From Lingula anatina (lineage: Eukaryota; Animalia; Brachiopoda), in assembly GCA_051362555.1 (NCBI GenBank), contig CM120640.1:1612001-1676000 (forward strand): 64,000 nucleotides of DNA, given 5' to 3'. A program made the position numbers and the translations under genes. The notes below the pieces were generated by a model. It did not search any database and was not told the origin of the DNA. It was given only the letters and a program-made list of their open reading frames with translations. Of this stretch, positions 11,197 to 21,916 are shown one piece after another. Numbering within the stretch: position 1 is the stretch's first letter; each line of letters starts with the position of its first letter.

Positions 11197-14166
11197 ATGT
11201 ACCAATATTTGATCAACACCAGAATGGAAAACGAAAAAGAAGTACAGCAAGTCGACTTGTTCAGAACATGGGGTGCAAAGACTGGGACGTTAAGCAGGAG
11301 GATCATTGGGGCAAGTGCTGATCTGCGTCACAAATATGAAACGAGTATGCAAGAGGGGCAAATTTATTTGGAAACCAGTATAATATTATTCCTGGGAGAT
11401 TCTGGTGTAGGTAAGACATCCCTACAACGCTATTTCAGAGGAAAAGATTTCGTAAAAAGTCACAATAGTACTCGAGGAAATGAAAAGCATCACGTGGAAA
11501 CTGCTGCCGTAACGGAATCTTGGGAAGATGTGAAGGAACCTGAAAACGAACAGCAATATGCAGCTAGCTACGCTACAGTGCAAATGACTGACTATTCTGT
11601 TCCCCAAGCAGATGATCACGGATCATCGTTTGATCAACATGTCAAACTTGTATTTGGATTGCTATGCATATGTGTTGCTTTTGCTTTCTCTCCCATTGGG
11701 TTGTGTTCTTTGAAAATCATGGGGTGCCTCTTCTCTACTCTTTGGTTTTCTGGCAACCTGCCTATGGGTATCAGATATGGCGAAGGTACAGCTCTCAGTA
11801 TATTTTACAGGTATGCCTGTATCGAAATCCTATACGCTGGCACCAATATGCAGCATAGAATAGACAACCCAGACTTATTATTAGAATTCCAACTTGGTAT
11901 TCTTTGTTGTGGGTTGGTGATAGGGTTTGTGTTAGGATTTGGGTGTAGGGCAGGAACCTCATTGGTTTTCAGCTTTGTCTGCCTCAAAAGTCAAGGTAGT
12001 ATTCTTAACTTTTTCTCAATTATTTCGAATATGCTGTATGAATGGGTCCATGACTTCAAACATGCGTTAACTGTGTTTTTGATTGTCAGCCTTACATTGT
12101 TTTCATGGTATGCGTTTCATGCCAAATTATACCACGAGAAACGAAACATTAAGGAGATTTTAATTAAAGTTTGGTCCCAAGTCATTGTTTCAAATATCGC
12201 AATTGCCCTCTTTTTTCAGATTTATACACAAGAAAAGTATTTAAATATGTACAACCACGAGCGAGTGATACTTGCCATTTTAACATGGACAGGGGCTACT
12301 ATTGGCGTCCTCGTATGCAAATACGCGTCACCAAACCTTATGCTTAGTCGGTTTCATATGGGGTTGCCCGTTTACATTATAGCAATAATGGCGTGTTCTT
12401 ATGCTTTATATTGTCTCATTTTATGGTATATGGAAAAGTTTGTCCATCATTATATGATAATCTTCTTGGCTTGTTTTAGCGGTGCTATGTTAGAATACAC
12501 GTCAATGATGCTCATTGGACGGTCTCTTGCAAAAGTGTACGATTTGCCTTTCTATATACGAAGGGCACTGGGCTTTATTCTAGGTGTCGGAATGGTCTAT
12601 TTTATGAACTGGAAGGTCGCTATTCTTCCTGGAGAATTTATTTTAGATCAGTTGTTGTCTGTTGGTATTGTTGCTGCATTCGAGATGTGGGGCTTTTGGC
12701 AGGTGAAACAAGCAATGACAACGGGTATTGATTTAACCAAAATAAGACTGGCAAAAGCAAAACACGAGAATGGAATGCCAGGCATGCGTAAAAAGTTTGT
12801 GTTAATTGACTGTGGAGGCCAAGAAGAATACCATTATTTGCACCATTTATTCATACCAAAGGACGCTGTTTACATCATTGTTTTTAACTTCGAAGAAGCC
12901 AAAGGACTTCAAGACAGCAACGAACTGCGTATGCAATTCAGAAAGCTTCGCTATTGGTTAAACTGCGTGTTGGTCCATATATGTTTGCCTGATGACAAAA
13001 ATAATAAAAATGACAGACCTATCTTCATTGTTGGGACACACAGAGACAGTGTTGATAAGGAGGTCAGACAAACGATTTCTCAGGAACTGACAAGTTATTT
13101 TGAAAGAGAGGGTATCGATAAATATATTTCTTGGAATGGGGATACTCTGGTATTTGAAGTGGAGAATTCGGTACGGTGTAATAGGGACGAAGAGGGAAAA
13201 CATCTCAGGAAGCAAGTTGCTGAAGTTTCAAAAAGACAAAAAACTGAGATCAAATTTCTAAAATTTTCGAAAATCATGCCAATGTTGCCTCCAATAATAA
13301 CGCTCTCGGCATTGAAAGAAGCGGTCATGAAGGAAAACGTCGTTAAAGACGATAATGAATTTGAACATTTTCTTAAATACTTCAATGAGAGGGGGGATAT
13401 CCATTGTTGCGACGATGATAGTGGCGATTGTCAAACCAGATCTGTTGTCTTGCGTCATGGGCAGTCATGGTTTGTGGAGTTATTTTTGGAAATTCTAAAT
13501 ATGATAAAGAGAGACAAAAAAAAGAATGGTATCTTAAATGAAAGTACCGTGGATGAAGCGATAGAGCACAAAATCAATTTTCTTTCTGAGTGCCAATCGA
13601 TAAAACCCCAAGAAAAGAAACATTTAAAAGACATTTGTGAAAAACATCTCGAAGAAAATCACTTAATTGTAAAGGTCCCCGGCAGACCGTACTATCTTGT
13701 CCCATTTAAGTTGATAGACGCTACGCAAAAAGACAGAGATGACCTTTGGAAACATCTACCAGAAAAAGAAATTGTGTTTGGTTTTGACTTTGACGAATTA
13801 GAACCAAAGCCAATTTTCTGGAGACTTACTTCTACCCTGCTAAAAATGAGCGGTGACATAAATTTCACAGAAAAAAAGTTTCGGCAAACTGTGTACTCTG
13901 ATTTTGCTGTATTTGCAGAACCATCCACGGATTTCAAGTACAAACTTGAGATGAAATCAGTTATTTCACAGAACGTGATTAAATTTACTACACGTACAGA
14001 CCCTAAATTACCAGCAGGTGCCATAGAACAGCAAACTTTCGAGGTATTTGCGAATCTTCATAAACAATTGGATCATATATGCAATACATCTTTCCCTGGG
14101 CAGAAATATTCCGTGGGACTAGTCTGTCACCTACAAGACGAACACACTTGTTTGTGGGGGGAAGAG
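11197..14166 (+). CDS. Paralog 2 exon 1: Roc GTPase with inserted multi-pass TM bundle, plus COR (intact; alternative ATG at 11224)
   Basis: 990 open codons. G1 at 11395, G2 STRG at 11467, hydrophobic block 11641-12699, G3 DCGGQ at 12808, G4 GTHRD at 13033, COR motifs YLVP and FDELEPKPIFWRL. Donor GAG|gtgagc. Confidence 0.9.
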
Positions 14167-14386
14167 GTGAGCAAGTTTATAACTGAAATAAATATTCATA
14201 TATATATTATCGAATCAAGAAATCAAATGTTTAGCTGTGAAAAAGCGAGAAAGTGTCGTTGACGAAGTTATAGATTAAATATCAATCGCATCTAAAATTT
14301 ACCTTGGTCAGGTTAGGGTAACAATAGATAAAGTTGTATAAAAACAAATGTGCATATACATTAGGCTAAGGTTGTTCTATCTGTAG

Positions 14387-14521
14387 GGTCACGTTCACAT
14401 GTACCATCTGGGAGACAACAAATCTGGGTTCGAGTTATTTGATAATATTCCCAAGGGATTATCTGCTGTTTGTAAATGTGGCGCTGCCCCAAGGATGAAA
14501 ATCTACCTGTACTCTGGCAAG
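14387..14521 (+). CDS. Paralog 2 exon 2 (45-aa His/Cys linker)
   Basis: ctgtag|GGT...AAG|gtaagc; 135 nt, phase 0, conserved in all four copies. Confidence 0.88.
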
Positions 14522-15091
14522 GTAAGCAATTATCGTTTGCAATTCAATAAGGTAAATTTTCCTTTGTTTTTTGTCGATCTTGCGAACAGCACATTTCGAT
14601 GAAGGGCAATGACCATAGACCTAAATATATGTATGATGGCCAGTGTTAAAGTCAAGCTTGACGAATTTAAAGCCAACACATGTATTTGTATAAGTTCTTT
14701 AAATCGTAATTTAATGGCACTGAGAGAGTGGGGAAGAGAGAGCGTCATTCAGTTCGTTACACTTTACAGTTGTAATGCAAGATACAACATCTTTACAATA
14801 AAATACAAATTATATTTAAAAAAGAATTATTGAAATTGTTTTTTTCTTTGATTGAAGCAACATTTGAAAAACATTCGTTTGCTTCCTGTATTCATAATCC
14901 ATGTACCCTGTATTGCAATAAGGTGTAAATCCGACATGTGGCACAATATGTGGGACTGTGAATATTACAGACACTTCTAATTCCAGTAGGTGAACATTTT
15001 AACAGGGAGATGAGGTGATTGCTATACAAAACATGTTTGTCTGATGCCACAGAGCTCTTCATTTGTTTGTACAATGTTTATTTTATTTTAG

Positions 15092-15421
15092 AAACCCCAG
15101 GAAACTGAAAGACAATTCGAAAAGCTCAGAGAAAACTGGACAGAAATTGAACAAGACCTCGAACCTAAACCTCTCTTGTCCTACCTTTTTGCAAAGAAGG
15201 TTTTGGATGAAGATGATATGGATGTTATTCTGAATACACTTGAAAGGAAAAGCAGGTGCCATGAATTGCGGAAAAGACTGCGAAAATGTTCTCCAGAAAA
15301 GGAGCCTATGCGTCACTTGTGCACCATTCTGCGTGAAAAGCAGCCACATCTTGCTGATCTGTTGGAGTCATCCCCGGAAACTACAGATGACAGGGCGGTG
15401 AGAACGACTGATAATATCTGA
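15092..15421 (+). CDS. Paralog 2 exon 3: CARD-like death-fold domain
   Basis: ttttag|AAA; LRENWTEIEQDLEPKPLLSYLFAKKVL...HLADLL; in frame with exon 2, spliced product about 1144 aa. Confidence 0.85.
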   Translation, partial: KPQETERQFEKLRENWTEIEQDLEPKPLLSYLFAKKVLDEDDMDVILNTLERKSRCHELRKRLRKCSPEKEPMRHLCTILREKQPHLADLLESSPETTDDRAVRTTDNI

Positions 15422-16717
15422 GAAGAAAAACGCCTTTTTCAAAGGAAAAATATTCTGATATTATCAACTGGTTTCAATACCAAAATAAATATTCAATGGA
15501 TGTTAAATTCCTTTGACTCGAAGTGAAGAAGATGCATATATATTTGTGATAGATTGATAGCTTAAAAGGAAACGATAAAGAACTGACCTGAATGACACGT
15601 TGTATATCGGTCTTCATCGATCTTGAATAAATTTATGAAAACAACCTTTGTAAAATTATCAAAACAAGGTTTACTTCCGATGCTAACATCAGTGATATTA
15701 TTTCAGATGGGTGTGTAGCTTTATTACTGTTATTTCACTATGGAAAGGGGTGTTTTAAATAATCAAAACTTGGTGAAAGTAGGTCTCTTAGATGTAAAAT
15801 GTTTTAAACTGTGCATTGTGCAATAATTAGAGCAACCATATTGCGATATGTAATCATTAGAACAGTTTTAATTTTGACATTTTAATCCTTTGATAAAAAA
15901 CTGTAATCGCTCACCTGAACTGAGCAGATTCCAGTAATATACAGATGAGCTATATGCGTTACTTGTTTACCTGACTGTTATATTCACCAGAACATGATGA
16001 TGCTGAGGTTGCAATGATTGTTTAACTGTTATTTATAACTCCATTAGCAATGTGTTTTGCAGGATATGATCAGTTCTTTTTCGGCTAACAATGTCTAAAA
16101 GGGCATATTTTCACCCATCCACCCCTCCGCTCACCGAAGCATGATAATTTATTATATATTGTTTCTGACCATATAAAACTGTGTTTGTGTGATTTTACTT
16201 ATGAAAATTATTTAGTGGCACTAGCCAATACTTAAAAATAGTCTGGAACAGGTCTGTACGTGTATGATTCAGGTAGAAAACAGGGGTCCTATTTTTTATA
16301 CCTGCCTATTGTACCATAGCCAATGCACGTGCAGAGGCCAAAATGAAATAAAACTATTAGACCCTGTCCCCTTACTGCCTCTACAAGACCCCAGTATTTA
16401 CCGACCCGGGGACCTGTTTCTAGCTGAAACGTTCGCACATACGTGCAGCTCCAGCAACGTTTCCCTCAGTGTTTAAAGAAAAATGAAGTGACTTAAAACA
16501 ATCTTGTACATATTAACCGATTACAGTGACGTCATATTTGCTCCGTAACACTAGTCCCGCGGCCATGCTGGAGGGAATGAACGACGGGGAATCCTTACTT
16601 TTCACATGACGTCATCATTTTATGCGAACATTGGGTGTCCGCCATTTTCCTACACCAGGCGGGAGATACTATCGTGCTGAGTTTTTTCACTTTTTATCAC
16701 GTACACACAGCACAGTC

Positions 16718-18588
16718 ATGCCGATATGTGGAGTGGTTGGATGTTCAAATAAACCGTCCTCACAGAAAGGTATCAGTTTTCATAAAGTACCAACAATCAT
16801 TAGAGGTCAAGGCGAGGAGACGCAAAAGTTATCTGAAGAAAGACGGCGGTTATGGAAAGCAGCAATAAACAGGAAAGATATTACCTCGGAGGAAAAGTGG
16901 GATCGAACCCTTGTTTGTTCGAAACACTTTGTAGGCGGTATGTATATATGTTACTTGTTGGTATCATATAAATGTCAGAGAATAAGGTTTTTGTGAAGGA
17001 CGGATCTTTGAGTCACAAATGGCAACTACACGTACCTGTTACTCGGTGGAGTCTTTGTCTGTCTTATATGCTCCCTGTATCCTGTGTATCTCAGACAATT
17101 TCGGACACAAAATTCTTTTTTGATGTACAATTTCAGCACATTTACATGTTTTTACAAATGCAATATAATTCTCATTCTCATGTTGGATTGTTTTTATCAT
17201 TGCCATGTCTAAATTTTCTAGGTATCAAGGCCTACCTACATGACAGGACCAGTCCGTCCTGGCTTCCAACATTATGCCTAGGGCATTCAGCCTGCATTTC
17301 AGAATCAGCAGCCACCAGTAGATACAGGCGTGCCAGTCAGCGTGGGGAAAAGAGGAAACGTGCAGATGCAATAACTTCACTTTTGAACCTCAAAACGCCA
17401 AGGCTTGAATCAGACCTTCAAGTGAATGAACAAACTCAACTTCAAGACAGGAGTACAAGTGATGGCAATAGTTGTGAACAATCATCTCTTGACAGTGATT
17501 TAGACATAGAGCTAGAGATTCAAGACACAAACTATGAAGTACAGGAATCCAAAGATAGTACTACTGGTACAAGTAAAGAGGTACAAACTGAATTAACAGT
17601 TAATGATATTGAAAATATTGAAAATGACAATAAAGCTAGACTTGCAGATTCCAACTGCAAAGTGCCATTCACACGGCAAGATCTCTACAGTTTTGAAGGG
17701 TATGAAAAAGATCCAGACAAAGTTTCTTTTTATACTGGATTGCCTAATTTAGGGGGTTTGAAACGAGTGTTTAATTTCATAGAAGCACAAATGAGCAATG
17801 GCTCAAAAAACCTGACCAAAGAAAACCAATTCATGTTATGTCTTATAAAATTAAGAATGGATTATGCTTTTCAAGACATGTCAGTTCAGTTAAATGTGTC
17901 AGTTGCCACTATTCATAGAATATTTCATGCCACACTGAACATTCTTTACAAAAGACTGAGTTTCTTGGTCCACTGGCCAGAAAGGGAGCATGTCAGAGTA
18001 TCAATGCCGATGACATTCAGAAAAGAATTTGGTGATAAGGTTGTTGTTATTCTTGATTGTTTCGAACTCAACATAGAAAAACCAAGTGGTTCTCTTAACA
18101 AGGTGTATACATACTCTAATTACAAGCATCGTCATACAGTTAAATATCTGATAGGGATAGCCCCACAAGGTACAATAACTTTTATTTCTGAAGGTTGGGG
18201 CGGTAGGACCTCAGATAAACACATCACAGAAGAGTCTGGACTTCTAGACAATCTGTTACCTGGTGATATTGTCATGGTAGATCGTGGTTTTTCCATTGAA
18301 GAATCTGTCAATTTTTACCAAGCGAAATTGGCAATACCTAGTTTTACACGAGGGAAGTCTCAATTACATCCAATGGAAGTAGAACAGACGAGAAAAATTG
18401 CAAATGTACGTATTCATGTAGAGCGGGTTATTGGACTACTTTGTAGGAAATTTAGGATTTTTGACAGTGTTGTACCCTTGGAGTTTCTGAAGTTGAAAAG
18501 TGGAGAAGAGGTACCTACAATTGACAAAATTGTTCAAGTATGTTGTTGTCTCACAAATTTATGTCCCTCTGTTGTTCCATTTGATTGA
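16718..18588 (+). CDS. THAP-domain DDE transposase; join(16718-16937,17222-18588), about 528 aa
   Basis: THAP motif CGVVGC...W...C..HF...LPTL. Catalytic motifs ILDCFE, MVDRGF, IHVERVIG. A phase-1 GT-AG intron joins the exons in frame. Confidence 0.9.
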
Positions 18589-18728
18589 AGTGAAGGAATG
18601 TCTAAGTGTTTGGAAACAATTGAAGCATGTATGCATCTATAACAACAATTTTAGTGAAATAAAAATATGTATTGAAAACCATTTATTTTCTCATTTTTTT
18701 TCTTTAGAAAAACTTTCCTTGATCCTAG

Positions 18729-19625
18729 TGGACCAAGATTATCAGAATTCCACACAGCTAACATATTTAGCACCGGGCCGTGGTGACTGCAAAAACTGAA
18801 TGGCTGAACAACTGAATCCAAGAAAAAAAAGGTTCAATTAGAAGCACCATTGCACTGTAAAAGGTATATTAAGACTAGCACACAAGAACTGAATACTGGT
18901 ATCACATCCAAAAAATGGGTAAATAGAAAAACACATCCGAACAATCTGTATAACTTTACAATAACTGACATCATATGTTAAAAAGATGTAAGGCATTGCA
19001 CAATAAAATGTCAGAATGGACCAAGATTATCAGAATTCCACACAGCTAACATATTTAGCACCGAGCCGTGGTGACTTCAAAAACTGAATGGCTGAACATA
19101 TGAATCCAAGAAAAAAAAGTTCAATTAGAAGCATCATTGCACTGTAATATGTACATTAAGACTAGCACACAAGAACTGAATACTGGTATCACATCCATAA
19201 AATGGGTTAACAGAAAAACACATCCGAGCAATCTATATAACTTTACAATTACTGACAGCATATGTTAAAAAGATGTAAGGCATTGCACAATAAAATGTCA
19301 GAATGGACCAAGATTATCAGAATTCCACACAGCTAACATATTTAGCACCGAGCCGTGGTGACTTCAAAAACTGAATGGCTGAACATATGAATCCAAGAAA
19401 AAAAAAGTTCAATTAGAAGCATCACTGCACTGTAATATGTACATTAAGACTAGCACACAAGAACTGAATACTGGTATCATATCCATAAAATGGGTAAATA
19501 GAAAAACACATCCCGAGCAATCTATATAACTTCACAATAACTGACAGCATTTGTTAAAAAGATGTAAAGTATTGCACAATAACATGTCAGAATGGACCAA
19601 GATTATCAGAATTCCACACAGCTAC
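18729..19625. repeat. ~288-bp tandem repeat (3 units plus a partial) between the two transposon genes
   Basis: tggaccaagattatcagaattccacacagcta recurs at 18729, 19017, 19304 and 19593. Confidence 0.9.
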
Positions 19626-21916
19626 ACATTTCTACATTTATTGCAAAACCACCTTCCTTTTGGGACTCTCTTCATCTTTATACAACTCATATGGTACCAC
19701 ACTGTGCTGCAGTTCTCATTATCGCATGCTACCATCTTGCGACCATCGTCACTTCCATTACAAATACAGTACTTTGGCTCCTGAGAGTTTGAAGAGCAAT
19801 TATTGGTCACAACCTCCTTCAACACACGCTTCATGGTAAAATACCCACACAACAATTCAGGCATGACAACCTGCTTATGAAATAATTTTGCTTTTACAGA
19901 AATAATATCCCATAAACTTTGATCTTTTACTATTCTTTCACAATGCGATGCATATGGGCACCACACAAAAAAATCGCAATAGTCCAAATTTGACATAAAC
20001 AGTTGCATTTGAACTTGGTAGTAGTAAGCAGTGTTTTTCTTTAATTTCAGTCCTCCCTCTGTGTTTTCCAACCAGGTCATCTGAATACTGTCTGCTTCAC
20101 GCAGGGTAAAAGGGCACTTGATCTCTAAAAGACCCTTCCCACAGCAGTTACACGATACAAACCCATCCGGACTGGCCCCAAACTCTGGGAAGTCTGGATT
20201 TAATAGAAGTCCAGATCTCTCAACTTGGAAGTCCACATGGAATGGTGCCATGTCCTTGCAGTACTCTTTTCTTGCCACCCTCTCTTTTTTGATGCCCCAC
20301 TCTGTTGATGCACTGCTGAAGTATTGTGGATAACACACCGACTTTACAACTGACATAGATGGCTTATCTATGTCTGTGTGTACAGCAGAATACAATTGTG
20401 AAGCAGTAATACGCCCAAGTCTGTATTTCCTCCAGTGAGTCGATTTACACTGGTCCCTTGTGTGCAGTTCAACATGGGCAGCCTCTGCTTCTGTTACAGC
20501 TATACTGATCCCTGCAGTATGGGCTAGGATATCGTCTATGTTGGAATTGTGAAAGTTTGTGTCTTTTAAAGAAGACAAATCCACTGGCCACTGCCCAAGA
20601 AGAGCTTTTGGCTTGAAAGTGTGGGCAAATTCAGGGTTGATGGCCAATATACTTGCATCACTGACATCTGACTGATACCCTTGAATAAAGCTGTCCATTT
20701 CATTCTTTGTGGGCGAAGAGAAGTCATCCATTGATGTGGACTCTTTCCTCCTCAAATCCCCTGTTTTTCTTTTTTTGGTAGCTGACTGGAGGTCCATATC
20801 CACGATGCGGTGAAATGGGTCTTTCAGGTTGCTGGAAGACGGAGCCATCCAATAGGCAGGGACGTCTGTCACAGTGGTCTCTTTCCTTATTCTGGTCCAT
20901 GTTTCTAGGGCAAATAGCATGGCAGCTATATGACTGCAGCTCTCCCCCAGACCAGCCATGCAAGTGCAATGTGCACACTCAATGGACCCCTCTCCTTTTA
21001 TGATCACCCAGGGCTCTAAGGGCTTCTCCCTTATGCGCAAAGAATGATGCACCTAAAATGTGAAAAAGGGAAGAATAAGTCATCTTAACATAAACGCATG
21101 GATAGGTATTAAATCACATATGGGCTTCTTTTACACACGATGGTAACTTCCTGTTATTTTCCACATGAAGCTTTCGTTACTTTAAGTAAAATCTATGACA
21201 TATCGCTGACAAACCATGAAAGCAATTAAGCAAAATGCTGTCTACAGCCTACATGCAGATATGGGGAAACTGCAGGATGGACAGGATCAGACCTGTTAAA
21301 AAGCCACAGGCAGGACCTATAAGATTTTGTTCTGCAGGTCCTCCAGACTGGCAAGGTTTATGGAAAAATACTATATAAACTTTTTTGGAGGTTCTATAGA
21401 TTTTTAGGCAGACCTGTAGATTTTTTGGAGTGTAAGCCATACAGACCTGCAGTATTCTCGCCATGTCTGTACATGGAGTATTCCCCATTAATATATTTGG
21501 GTCAAAAGTATACAATACATGAAATAATGTCTATTCTTATGAATACATGTAGAAACAAAAATTTAAATCCGTGTTTATGCAAAATATCTTATGAGTATTC
21601 TTACCTTAGACTTTATTAAGTGAGAGCCATTTATTTCAATGTGCCTCATGTCCTTAATCCAACCGTCTTGGAAAAGTTTGTAGGCCTCCAATGCCTTGTA
21701 ATTCCGCAATTCTTCCTTAGTGTATGCAGATCTTTGAAATATCAGAAAGTGAATAACATCTACTAAATTCACCTCTGGCCACGAAGCTTTGTCTGTGCTG
21801 CAATCCTTGGATGACACCGTGTAGGGGTCTACTCCAATTTCCTTTGTCTTCTCATCATATCTTTCTCTCACATCTGCCGGTAAGGACTGTCTGTATAGAT
21901 TGGTGTCCTTCTCCAT
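19622..21916 (-). CDS. SWIM finger + YqaJ/lambda-exonuclease + PHD finger protein; complement(join(19622-21052,21605-21916)), about 580 aa
   Basis: CTCMAGLGESCSH (SWIM); RITAS, GASPDG, LEIKCP, YYYQVQMQ (YqaJ); YCIC...ACDNENC..WYHMSC...WFCNKC (PHD). Phase-0 GT-AG intron. Confidence 0.9.

Noticed and set aside
14167-14262. C-terminal tail of the 1021-aa ORF (and the equivalent tails in other copies)
   Set aside because: It lies after a conserved gtgagc donor and is not conserved as protein, so it is intron read-through.
16972-17221. N-terminal 83 aa of the 538-aa ORF
   Set aside because: This segment falls within the transposase intron; the THAP exon supplies the real N-terminus.
18729-19625. 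CRISPR-like periodic repeats (also 57480-58280 and 55255-55330)
   Set aside because: Whole units repeat with no unique spacers, there are no cas genes, and the context is eukaryotic TE sequence.
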